Positions 1 through 7,728 of a stretch of DNA of 15,221 nt are shown piece by piece. Source of the stretch: Candidatus Firestoneibacteriota bacterium (GTDB taxonomy: Bacteria > Oederibacteriota > D2-FULL-39-29 > JBBTED01); the NCBI GenBank assembly GCA_038042445.1, contig JBBTED010000149.1, forward strand, positions 1-15,221. Reading direction: 5' to 3'. The stretch's first letter is position 1. Each line of letters starts with the position of its first letter. Position numbers and translations under genes: made by a program. The notes under the pieces are model-generated. The model was not told the origin of the DNA. It made no database searches and saw only the letters and a list, made by a program, of their open reading frames with translations.

Positions 1-16
1 ATCTCATTATGTTTTT

Positions 17-43
17 AGATCCTGAAACAAGTTCAGGATGACA
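17..43. repeat. Right half of a REP-like palindromic element (TGTCAT...ATGACA type), truncated by the window edge
   Basis: AGATCCTGAAACAAGTTCAGGATGACA forms a hairpin (TCCTGAA/TTCAGGA). It closely matches the right arm of the element at 15164-15221 (AGATGCCGAAACAAGTTCGGCATGACA). Confidence 0.8.
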
Positions 44-58
44 AAAACAACGTTTTAA

Positions 59-1903
59 TCATTCTACTAATATTGCGTTAAATTTACACATCTCAAAACA
101 TGTGCCGCATTTTGTGCATTTAGATTGGTCTATTAAATGCGATTGTTTCTTTTCTCCAGTTATAGCATTAACAGAACAATTCTTTGCGCATAACGTACAT
201 CCTGTGCATTTTTCAGAAACTACTGAATATTTTATAAGTTCTTTGCATACTTTTGCAGGACATTTTTTATGTTTAATATGTGTTTTATATTCATCTCTAA
301 AATATCTAATAGATGTTAATACAGGGTTGGGTGCACTTTTACCAAGCTGGCACAAAGATGTTTCTTTTATATTTTTCCCAAGTTCTTCAAGTAAATCAAT
401 ATCATTTTCTTTGGCTTTGCCATTTGAAATATCATTTAGAATATTTAGCATATGTTTTATTCCTTCGCGACAGGGTGTGCATTTTCCACAAGATTCTTCC
501 TGGGCAAATGCCAGGAAATATTTTGCAATATTGACCATACAAGTGTCTTCATCCATTACTATCATTCCACCAGAACCCATCATTGAGCCAGCTTCTGTAA
601 GTCTTTCATAATCTACAGGCAGATCCAAAAGAGAGGTGGGGATACATCCACCTGATGGACCGCCTGTTTGAACTGCTTTGAATTTTTTTTCATTAGGAAT
701 ACCACCACCTATTTCAAAAATCAATTCTTTTAAAGTTATGCCCATTGGAACTTCAACTAAACCTGTATTGTTTATTTTTCCTACAAGAGAAAATATCATT
801 GTTCCTTTGCTTTTTTCTGTTCCTATTTTGCTATACCATTCAGAGCCATTATTAATTATCAAAGGGATATTTGCCCATGTTTTTACATTATTTAAAACTG
901 TTGGTTTGTCCCATAATCCTTTTTCTGTTGCATGGATATATTTTGCACGTGGCTCTCCTACTTTTCCTTCTATAGATGCCATAAGTGCGCTTGATTCCCC
1001 ACATACAAATGCACCGCCGCCACGCATTATTTTTATATCAAAATTAAAATCACTGCCCAAAATATTTTTGCCTAAAAATCCGTATTCTCTCATTTGGGAT
1101 ATAGCAATTTGAACCTGTTTTACTGCTAAAGGATATTCGTTGCGAACATAAATATATCCTTCCTGTGAGCCAATAGCATAGGCGCCTATTAACATTCCTT
1201 CCAGAATGCTATGTGGATTTCCTTCAAGTAAACTTCTATCCATAAATGCACCAGGATCTCCTTCATCAGCATTGCAAATAACATATTTTATATCGCTTTT
1301 TGCTTTTTTGGCTGATTCCCATTTTCTTCCAGTAAAAAATCCTGCACCTCCACGGCCACGCAATCCTGATTTTTTTATTTCATCAATTATTTCATCTGGT
1401 GTTATTTGAGATAATGCTTTTACCAATGCACTGTAACCACCGATTCTAATATAATCTTTAATGCTTGTAGGGTCAATTTTTCTATTGTTTGCCATAAGTG
1501 GGCGCGTTTGTTTTTTGTAAAATGGAACATCTTGTTCATAAACAACTTTTTGCCCTGTTTTTGTATCTGTGTAAAGCAGTCTATCAATAACATTATTTTT
1601 TATTAGGGTTTCATCAATTATTTCTTTTACATCTTCAGCTGTTACTTTTTGATAAAAAATTCCAGAAGGTTCAAGTACAAGTAAAGGACCTTTTTCACAA
1701 AATCCCTGACAACCAGTTTTTCTAATAGCAATATTTAAATTACGAAGTTCGATTTCTTGTTCGAAAGCTTTTGCTACTTTATCGCTTCCAGCTGCTGTGC
1801 ACCCAGTACAACATATTACTACACATAGTTTTGATGCATCATAGTTGGATATTATAGTTTTTCTCAAATTTTCAAGTTCAGATATTGAGTTAATTTTTTT
1901 CAT
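59..1903 (-). CDS. nuoF: NuoF/HydB-like FMN/NAD-binding Fe-S flavoprotein (HydB/BfuB-type diaphorase subunit)
   Basis: 614 aa. Motifs: SGLRGRGGAGF, CNADEGDPGAFMDR, GAFVCGE, GGPSGG, and the N3 cluster motif ESCGKCTPCREG...C. N-terminal thioredoxin-like [2Fe-2S] domain (CCTGC...TGCQGFC) and C-terminal 2x[4Fe-4S] domain (CTGCTLCAKNC, CTKCGTCFEMC). Confidence 0.92.
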   Translation of the reverse strand: MKKINSISELENLRKTIISNYDASKLCVVICCTGCTAAGSDKVAKAFEQEIELRNLNIAIRKTGCQGFCEKGPLLVLEPSGIFYQKVTAEDVKEIIDETLIKNNVIDRLLYTDTKTGQKVVYEQDVPFYKKQTRPLMANNRKIDPTSIKDYIRIGGYSALVKALSQITPDEIIDEIKKSGLRGRGGAGFFTGRKWESAKKAKSDIKYVICNADEGDPGAFMDRSLLEGNPHSILEGMLIGAYAIGSQEGYIYVRNEYPLAVKQVQIAISQMREYGFLGKNILGSDFNFDIKIMRGGGAFVCGESSALMASIEGKVGEPRAKYIHATEKGLWDKPTVLNNVKTWANIPLIINNGSEWYSKIGTEKSKGTMIFSLVGKINNTGLVEVPMGITLKELIFEIGGGIPNEKKFKAVQTGGPSGGCIPTSLLDLPVDYERLTEAGSMMGSGGMIVMDEDTCMVNIAKYFLAFAQEESCGKCTPCREGIKHMLNILNDISNGKAKENDIDLLEELGKNIKETSLCQLGKSAPNPVLTSIRYFRDEYKTHIKHKKCPAKVCKELIKYSVVSEKCTGCTLCAKNCSVNAITGEKKQSHLIDQSKCTKCGTCFEMCKFNAILVE

Positions 1904-2351
1904 CGGATTTTTTGTATTCTTTGATTATTTTATCAGCTTTGCTTGTAGTCATTTTAGCAAAATATTGATCATCTGTTGTTACAAGTGGAGCAAGTGCACA
2001 GGCACCAAGACAATTTACAGTTTCTAAAGTCACATTTAAATCATCAGTTGTTTCACCCGATTTTATATTTAACTCATCTTCAAATTTATCAAGTATCTTT
2101 TGGGAGCCACGAACATGGCACGCAGTTCCAATGCATACACATATATGATGTTTACCACGAGGCTTTAAACTAAATGCTTTATAGAAAGTTGCTACACTGA
2201 AAATTTGGCTTAAAGGTATATCTAATTTAACAGATATTTCTTTTAAAATATCCGCAGGTAAATAATTGTATTTAGCACTAACATCCTGCAGTATAGGAAT
2301 TAAAAAACTTTTATCTTTATTGTATTTTTCTAAAATTTCATCAATTGACAT
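1890..2351 (-). CDS. nuoE: NuoE/HydC-like [2Fe-2S] subunit
   Basis: 153 aa. Motifs VATFY, VCIGTACHVRG and NCLGACALAP give the four [2Fe-2S] Cys. Overlaps both neighbouring genes. Confidence 0.92.
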   Translation of the reverse strand: MSIDEILEKYNKDKSFLIPILQDVSAKYNYLPADILKEISVKLDIPLSQIFSVATFYKAFSLKPRGKHHICVCIGTACHVRGSQKILDKFEDELNIKSGETTDDLNVTLETVNCLGACALAPLVTTDDQYFAKMTTSKADKIIKEYKKSDEKN

Positions 2352-2853
2352 AATCTACAAGGAATTTATTTGCAGCAGTTTTTCTAATATCAGCTGATTC
2401 TTCTGCTGGGGTTTTAAATTTTAATGCTTTAGTTGGACAAATTTCAACACATGCAGGTAACTTTCCTGTTTTTACTCTTTCAAAACATAAGTCACATTTA
2501 GTTATGGCTTTTTCTTCCCTGTTCATTTTTATAACACCAAATGGACAAGCAATTATACAATATTTGCATCCAATACATTTTTCGGTATGAATTAATACAG
2601 GTGTATCAGAAGATGGACGTTCAAGAGCTTTTGAAGGGCATACTTTGACACAAGGTGCATCTTCGCACTGCCTGCATTGCATTGGAATAGGCAAGCCAGA
2701 AGCATTTTCTATAATAATTCTTGTTTGGGAAAGCTTTTCTTCAAATATTGCAGTTTCTAAATTTTTTGTTTCTGAATGTTCTACAGCACAAGCAAGTTCA
2801 CAACTTTTACAACCTGTGCATTTTTTTACATCTACCCATATATGTTTAATCAT
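2341..2853 (-). CDS. cooF: CooF-like 4x[4Fe-4S] electron-transfer subunit
   Basis: 170 aa with 16 Cys in the DmsB/CooF pattern (CTGCKSCELAC, CRQCEDAPCVKVC, CIGCKYCIIAC, CDLC...CVEIC). Directly downstream of cooS, with a GGAG RBS in the 13-bp gap. Confidence 0.88.
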   Translation of the reverse strand: MIKHIWVDVKKCTGCKSCELACAVEHSETKNLETAIFEEKLSQTRIIIENASGLPIPMQCRQCEDAPCVKVCPSKALERPSSDTPVLIHTEKCIGCKYCIIACPFGVIKMNREEKAITKCDLCFERVKTGKLPACVEICPTKALKFKTPAEESADIRKTAANKFLVDYVN

Positions 2854-2866
2854 AGATATCTCCGAT

Positions 2867-4786
2867 TTATTTTTTTGGTGGATACATCATTGGGTTAAGT
2901 TTAAGCGCAGCGCGTTTTTTGTCTAAATGTTCTATTATTATATGAGCAGCTTTTATTGGATCTTCTTCAAATGCCCATTTGCCGCCTGTAATACTTTCAA
3001 CATCTTCAGTTACAAATTTTGTAACATTTTTACTGCCTAATGTGAAAAATGGTGAGCCAAATACAACTAGAAGCCCTGATGCAACTGCATACCATCCAAT
3101 AGCTATTGCTTTTTCAGACATCCATTCTAATGCTACGCCAGCAACAGGAAGTTCATCCAAACTATTGCCTATGCCGCCTTCTTCAACCATTTTACAACAT
3201 TCTATTAAGATACGGCTGTTGTCTACACAGGAACCTGTATGCAATATTGGAGGAATACCTACTGCTTCACATACTTCTCTTAATCCGTCTCCTACAAATT
3301 TTTCATAAATAGCTTCTGGTTTTAATAATCCTTCTTTTGCACAGTCTATTGCTACGCATCCTGTTTCTACAAATAACACGTCATACTTAAGCAATTCTTT
3401 TATCATTTCAATATGTGATGTTCCACTTTTGAATTTTGGATTGTCGCATCCAACTGCTCCTACAACACCACGTAGTCTTCCTGATATTATAGCATCATTT
3501 AGAGGTCTGTAAGATCCTCTGAAACTACCGCCTAAATGATAATTAATATTTTCTGTTGTAAATCCGGCTATAAAATCTACTTTTTCGTTTGGTATTTTTA
3601 CTTTTTCTTGCTTTCTGTTTATGAAATTTTCAACGCCTATTTTTACTATTTTTTTTGCAATATCTAACCCTTCTTTTTCATCAAATTCAATATATTCAGT
3701 GCCTGGAAAATTTGCTCTTGCACTTGTAGATACTATTTTTGTATGAAAATGCGATGCAACTTGTGGAAGCGAAGGCATGATACACTGTAAATCAACTATC
3801 ATTAATTCAACAGCTCCAGTTGTAAGTGCAACTTCTTGTTGTAAAAAATTTCCTGCAACAGGAATTCCACGTCTCATAAGTATTTCATTTGCAGTGCAGC
3901 AGATTCCTGCAACATTTATTCCTTTTGCGCCTTTTTCTTTTGCAAGGGCAAGTAATTCTGGTGTTTGCGCTGCGTCTACTATTAATTCGGATAAAAGTGG
4001 GACATGTCCATGGACTAATATATTTACCTCATCAGTTTTAAGTACACCCAAATTAACTTGTGCTTTTCTTGGTTGAGGAGAGCCAAATAATATATCGCAT
4101 AATTCAGTTGAAAACATAGAGCCGCCCCAGCCATCACTTAGAGCTGTTCTCATTCCACCAAAGAAAATATGTTTGTAATCTGTGTCAACGCCTATATTTG
4201 TTCGTGCCATCATTTCAACAATTTCTCTATCTATACCTCTGGGTGTTAAATTATATTTGTCCCAGATTTCCTGTTGTTTTTTAGGGGCACGTTTTAAAAA
4301 TGTCAATTTGCCATTTTGCTGGCCATATTCTGCTAACATTTTTTCAGCAAGTTCTTTTGCTATATCGTTATCATTTTTATTATCAGTTTTTATATTAAAT
4401 TCAGTTGCAATAGTTCGAAGTTTAACAGGATCCTTTATTGAGTATCCTTTTGTTTCACCACGTGCGGTTAGAAGCAATGTATTTGTAATTTCTCTGCCGT
4501 GGTCATTATGACATGCTGAACCTGCTGCTATATGTCTGGCAATGTTTCTCGCACTTATAGTGTCTGCATCAGCACCGCATACACCATATTGTGCGCCTTC
4601 TTTAAATGGGTCTATTCTGCATGGACCCATATTACAATTTTTGCAACACAAACCAAGTGTTCCAAATCCACAATGTGGTTCTTGTAGTTTATATCGGTCC
4701 CATACAGTAGTAATGTTTTCACATTCTGCAATATCCCGCATTTGTAAAGTTGCTTTATCCCCGAATTTTTCTCCAGCTTTTCCCAT
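2867..4786 (-). CDS. cooS: Anaerobic Ni-containing carbon monoxide dehydrogenase catalytic subunit
   Basis: 639 aa. D/B cluster motif CGFGTLGLCCKNCNMGPC...GVCG; catalytic His pair in ACHNDHGRE. All C-cluster ligand motifs present (HGH, GICCT, LQC, VGCDN, TGC, GSCVD), plus the EWMSEKA lysine. Confidence 0.96.
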   Translation of the reverse strand: MGKAGEKFGDKATLQMRDIAECENITTVWDRYKLQEPHCGFGTLGLCCKNCNMGPCRIDPFKEGAQYGVCGADADTISARNIARHIAAGSACHNDHGREITNTLLLTARGETKGYSIKDPVKLRTIATEFNIKTDNKNDNDIAKELAEKMLAEYGQQNGKLTFLKRAPKKQQEIWDKYNLTPRGIDREIVEMMARTNIGVDTDYKHIFFGGMRTALSDGWGGSMFSTELCDILFGSPQPRKAQVNLGVLKTDEVNILVHGHVPLLSELIVDAAQTPELLALAKEKGAKGINVAGICCTANEILMRRGIPVAGNFLQQEVALTTGAVELMIVDLQCIMPSLPQVASHFHTKIVSTSARANFPGTEYIEFDEKEGLDIAKKIVKIGVENFINRKQEKVKIPNEKVDFIAGFTTENINYHLGGSFRGSYRPLNDAIISGRLRGVVGAVGCDNPKFKSGTSHIEMIKELLKYDVLFVETGCVAIDCAKEGLLKPEAIYEKFVGDGLREVCEAVGIPPILHTGSCVDNSRILIECCKMVEEGGIGNSLDELPVAGVALEWMSEKAIAIGWYAVASGLLVVFGSPFFTLGSKNVTKFVTEDVESITGGKWAFEEDPIKAAHIIIEHLDKKRAALKLNPMMYPPKK

Positions 4787-4790
4787 TTTA

Positions 4791-4797
4791 TCCCCCT
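4791..4797 (-). promoter_or_regulatory. Shine-Dalgarno site of cooS
   Basis: AGGGGGA on the minus strand, 4 nt upstream of the ATG at 4786. Confidence 0.6.
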
Positions 4798-4812
4798 AAA
4801 TTAAATGCTATT

Positions 4813-4835
4813 GACAGACAAGACGTCTGTCCTAC
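4813..4835 (-). repeat. Single GTAG-type REP hairpin
   Basis: The minus strand reads GTAG-GACAGAC-GTCTT-GTCTGTC: a GTAG tetranucleotide followed by a perfect 7-bp stem. Confidence 0.65.
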
Positions 4836-4877
4836 TTTAGACGTATTGTTACAAAATCTTTGAATTTATTGATAATT

Positions 4878-4928
4878 GTAGGGGCAGGTTTACCTGCCCA
4901 TTTATTGGGCGAGTAAACTCGCCCCTAC
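4878..4928. repeat. GTAG-type REP doublet (REPIN); may also act as a terminator or stabilising hairpin downstream of the tRNA
   Basis: GTAG-GGGCAGG-TTTA-CCTGCCC at 4878-4899 and an inverted copy GTAG-GGGCGAG-TTTA-CTCGCCC at 4928-4907. Confidence 0.85.
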
Positions 4929-4940
4929 GATATTTATTAT

Positions 4941-5016
4941 TGGTGAGTCGTACAGGGATCGAACCTGTGACACCCTGATTAAGAGTCAGGTGCTCTACCA
5001 ACTGAGCTAACGACCC
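4941..5016 (-). tRNA. tRNA-Lys (anticodon CTT)
   Basis: Reverse complement: GGGTCGTTAGCTCAGTTGGTAGAGCACCTGACTCTTAATCAGGGTGTCACAGGTTCGATCCCTGTACGACTCACCA. 76 nt with D arm, anticodon stem CCTGA/TCAGG around CTT, GTTCGA T loop and encoded CCA. Confidence 0.97.
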
Positions 5017-5564
5017 ACTTTATTTAACAATTGCTTAATTTTTTCTATAATTTTATCTGTTTCAGTAAGTCTGCCTTTTCCTATAGTGCCACAAGCAAGT
5101 TTTCCTGTGTCAGGTCCTACAAAAAAATATCCTGATTTTTCAAGTTTTTTTATGTTGCTTTGCACAATTGGATTTTCATACATATTCACATTCATTGCAG
5201 GTGCGAATAGCACAGGTGATTTGCAGGACATTATTACTGTTGATAGTAAATCATCTGCTATTCCATTTGCAATTTTGCCTATTATATTTGCACTTGCAGG
5301 AACTACAACAATTAAATCAGATTTATCTGCAAGTGAAATATGTTCTATTTTCCAATCGACTTTTTCTTCAAACATATTAACATAAACTTTGTTTTGTGAC
5401 AATGTTTGAAATGTCAAAGGTGTTACAAATTTAGCTGCATTTTCTGTCATTACAACATTTACATTTGCATTTTCAGATTTTAAACTGCTTACCAGATAAA
5501 CAGCTTTATATGCAGCAATTGAGCCAGTAATACCCACTAATATATTTTTGTCTTTTAAATCCAT
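5007..5564 (-). CDS. coaC: Phosphopantothenoylcysteine decarboxylase (HFCD flavoprotein), CoaC domain only
   Basis: 185 aa. Motifs GITGSIAAYK, EHISLA, PASANIIGKIANGIADDL, PAMNVNM and GKLACG..GKGRL. The protein ends where the CoaB domain begins in fused CoaBC. Confidence 0.88.
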   Translation of the reverse strand: MDLKDKNILVGITGSIAAYKAVYLVSSLKSENANVNVVMTENAAKFVTPLTFQTLSQNKVYVNMFEEKVDWKIEHISLADKSDLIVVVPASANIIGKIANGIADDLLSTVIMSCKSPVLFAPAMNVNMYENPIVQSNIKKLEKSGYFFVGPDTGKLACGTIGKGRLTETDKIIEKIKQLLNKVGR

Positions 5565-5567
5565 TTA

Positions 5568-6746
5568 TTATCTTTTTTTATATAAAGGCGATATTGCTCT
5601 TAATCGCGTGATTACTTTTTTTAAAATGTCAGCCACTTTGTTTATGTTATCTTCAGTTGTTTGTCTGCCTAATGTTAGGCGTAATGAACTGCGTGCATCT
5701 TCAGGCGCAACTCCAATAGAAGTTAAGACATGTGATGCTTCTAATGAACCGGAGCTACATGCAGAACCTGTTGAAGCAGCGATTCCTTCCATATCAAGAT
5801 TTAATACCATAGATTCGCCTTCTATATGTTTTATAGTAACATTTATATGTCCTGGAAGCTTTGCAGTTGGATGTCCATTTAATTTTGTTTGTTCAATTTC
5901 AGTTAGAATTCTATTGGTTAATTTATCCCTAAGACAAGTTAGATTTTCTCGTTTTTGTACGAGTTCACTAATTGCTATTTCTACTGCTTTTCCAAATCCT
6001 ACAATATATGGAACATTTTCTGTGCCTGCACGTCTTCGTCTTTCTTGTTCTCCGCCGTGTAAGAATGATACCATTTTTGTGCCTTTGCGGATATATATTG
6101 CGCCAATTCCTTTAGGCCCATATAATTTATGTGCAGAAAAGGATAACATATCAACATTTAATTCGTCAACATTTACTGGAATACTGCCTAATGTTTGCAC
6201 AGCATCACTGTGAAAAGTGATATTATGTTTACGTGCGATTTTTCCAATTTCAGCAATTGGTTCTATAGTGCCGATTTCATTATTAGCGTGCATAATTGAT
6301 ATTAAAATAGTTTTATCAGTAATTGCTTTTTGGACATCTTCAGGATTGACTGTACCATATTCATCAACAGGCAGATATGTAATTGTGAAACCGTTTTTCT
6401 CAAGGAAATGGCATGTTTCCAGGACAGCATGATGTTCTATCTTTGATGTAATGATATGTCCACCTTTGTTTTTGTCAAAATATGCAACTCCTTTTATGGC
6501 AAAATTGTCTGCTTCTGTTCCGCCACTTGTAAAAACTATTTCTTCAGGTTTAGCAAAAATAGCATTCGCAAGTTTTTCCCTTGCTTCTTCCATTGCGGAT
6601 TTTGCTTCTCTGCCGAATGAATGCACTGTAGAAGGGTTACCAAAATTTTCAGTAAAAAATGGTAGCATTGCTTGGACTACATCTGGGTGAACAGGTGTAG
6701 TTGCCGCACAATCCATATAAATTCTTTTTTTAGTAATGTTATTCAT
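5568..6746 (-). CDS. iscS: Cysteine desulfurase (IscS/NifS, group I)
   Basis: 392 aa. Motifs IYMDCAATT, FGNPST, FTSGGTEADN, IEHHAV, PLP lysine in SAHKLYGPKGIG, and catalytic Cys in STGSACSS. Confidence 0.94.
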   Translation of the reverse strand: MNNITKKRIYMDCAATTPVHPDVVQAMLPFFTENFGNPSTVHSFGREAKSAMEEAREKLANAIFAKPEEIVFTSGGTEADNFAIKGVAYFDKNKGGHIITSKIEHHAVLETCHFLEKNGFTITYLPVDEYGTVNPEDVQKAITDKTILISIMHANNEIGTIEPIAEIGKIARKHNITFHSDAVQTLGSIPVNVDELNVDMLSFSAHKLYGPKGIGAIYIRKGTKMVSFLHGGEQERRRRAGTENVPYIVGFGKAVEIAISELVQKRENLTCLRDKLTNRILTEIEQTKLNGHPTAKLPGHINVTIKHIEGESMVLNLDMEGIAASTGSACSSGSLEASHVLTSIGVAPEDARSSLRLTLGRQTTEDNINKVADILKKVITRLRAISPLYKKR

Positions 6747-6778
6747 AATTTTTTGTCTATAGTCTGATTTATATTTAT

Positions 6779-6807
6779 AGTATAATAGTTCATTCTATTT
6801 ACGTCAA
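6779..6807 (-). promoter_or_regulatory. Sigma70-type promoter for iscS-coaC-tRNA
   Basis: Minus strand TTGACG (6807-6802), 17-nt spacer, TATACT (6784-6779), about 30 nt upstream of the iscS start. Confidence 0.7.
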
Positions 6808-6837
6808 TAATTTTTTATATGAATGATAAGAAAAATC

Positions 6838-6866
6838 TTGCCAAAATAAGTTTTAATATGTAAAAT
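6838..6866 (+). promoter_or_regulatory. Sigma70-type promoter for the plus-strand block
   Basis: TTGCCA (6838-6843), 17-nt spacer, TAAAAT (6861-6866), ending 11 nt before the ATG at 6878. Confidence 0.55.
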
Positions 6867-6877
6867 AATAATCAGAA

Positions 6878-7585
6878 ATGAAAATTCATACAACTACAAC
6901 AATTTTAGTTATTTTATCATTAGTGATTATAACAGGCTGTTCTAAAAATAAAGATATAACACAAGTTTTAGGAACGCAAGTTTCTACGCCAGGCATTATT
7001 TCTGGTGAAATCACAGACAAAGATTCCAAGCCAATTTTTGGTGTAACTATTTGGACAGAACCATTTACATCTGGAGTTTCAAGTAAAACAACAGGTAAAT
7101 TCAAAATATCAGATGTTTCACCGGGAATCTATACAATTAAAACATATAAAGCAGAATATGCGGACAAAAGTGAATCCGTTACAGTTACTTCAGGTGCAGA
7201 ATCAACTGTGAATATAAAACTTTCACCACCTAAAGATACTACAGCTCCGAGTGCAATAACTACATTGATAGCTTCATCGCCTACTACAACTTCTGCAACT
7301 CTTAGTTGGACAGCTACAGGAGATGATGGGCTTGTTGGAACTGCTGGGCAATATGATATTAGATATTCTACTGCTACTATAACAGAGTCTAACTGGAGTT
7401 TGGCAACTCAGGTTACAGGTGAACCAACACCTGCAGTTTCCGGAACTTCTCAATCTTTGACTATTACAGGGCTTACATCTTCTATGACATATTATTTTGC
7501 AATGAAAGCAGCAGATGAAGTTCCTAATTGGTCTGTATTATCTAACGTAGTCACTAAAGTTAAAACTTTTTCGCCAGTACAATAG
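6878..7585 (+). CDS. Lipoprotein with a carboxypeptidase-regulatory-like beta-sandwich and a fibronectin type III domain
   Basis: Hydrophobic signal with lipobox IITGC. ISGEITD...GKFKISDVSPGIYTI domain, then FN3-like DTTAPSAIT...LSWTATGDDG...YDIRYS...ITGL...YYFA. Confidence 0.75.
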   Translation: MKIHTTTTILVILSLVIITGCSKNKDITQVLGTQVSTPGIISGEITDKDSKPIFGVTIWTEPFTSGVSSKTTGKFKISDVSPGIYTIKTYKAEYADKSESVTVTSGAESTVNIKLSPPKDTTAPSAITTLIASSPTTTSATLSWTATGDDGLVGTAGQYDIRYSTATITESNWSLATQVTGEPTPAVSGTSQSLTITGLTSSMTYYFAMKAADEVPNWSVLSNVVTKVKTFSPVQ

Positions 7586-7591
7586 TATGAG

Positions 7592-7684
7592 TGTCATAAT
7601 TGTAGCCGCAGGCTTTAGCCTGCGAGAGAACGCAAGCTAAAGCTTGCGGCTACATAAAAAAGCACAAAAAATAGAATTATGACA
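7592..7684. repeat. GTAG-type REP doublet (7601-7654) enclosed by a 10-bp inverted repeat; possible degenerate MITE
   Basis: TGTAGCCGCAGGC-TTTA-GCCTGCG and an inverted copy TGTAGCCGCAAGC-TTTA-GCTTGCG. Flanked by TGTCATAATT (7592-7601) and AATTATGACA (7675-7684). Confidence 0.8.
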
Positions 7685-7728
7685 TAGTCTAAATGAATGG
7701 TATGCAGTGAATAGTTAAAAAATTATAT

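Noticed and set aside
59..2351. Respiratory complex I (nuo) operon
   Set aside because: No membrane or quinone-module nuo genes are present, and the extra Fe-S domains and cooSF context indicate a soluble HydBC-type module.
4941..5016. tRNA as the attachment site of a genomic island
   Set aside because: I found no integrase and no duplicated tRNA 3' end in the window.
5007..5564. HFCD flavoprotein as an EpiD-like RiPP decarboxylase linked to the RRE cluster
   Set aside because: Its motifs match CoaC (LACG..G.GRL). It lies on the opposite strand, about 6.5 kb away, among housekeeping genes.
102..6690. Plus-strand ORFs opposite the CODH operon, coaC and iscS (for example 102-611 and 5548-6213)
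   Set aside because: These are antisense shadows of well-supported genes and show no recognisable motifs.
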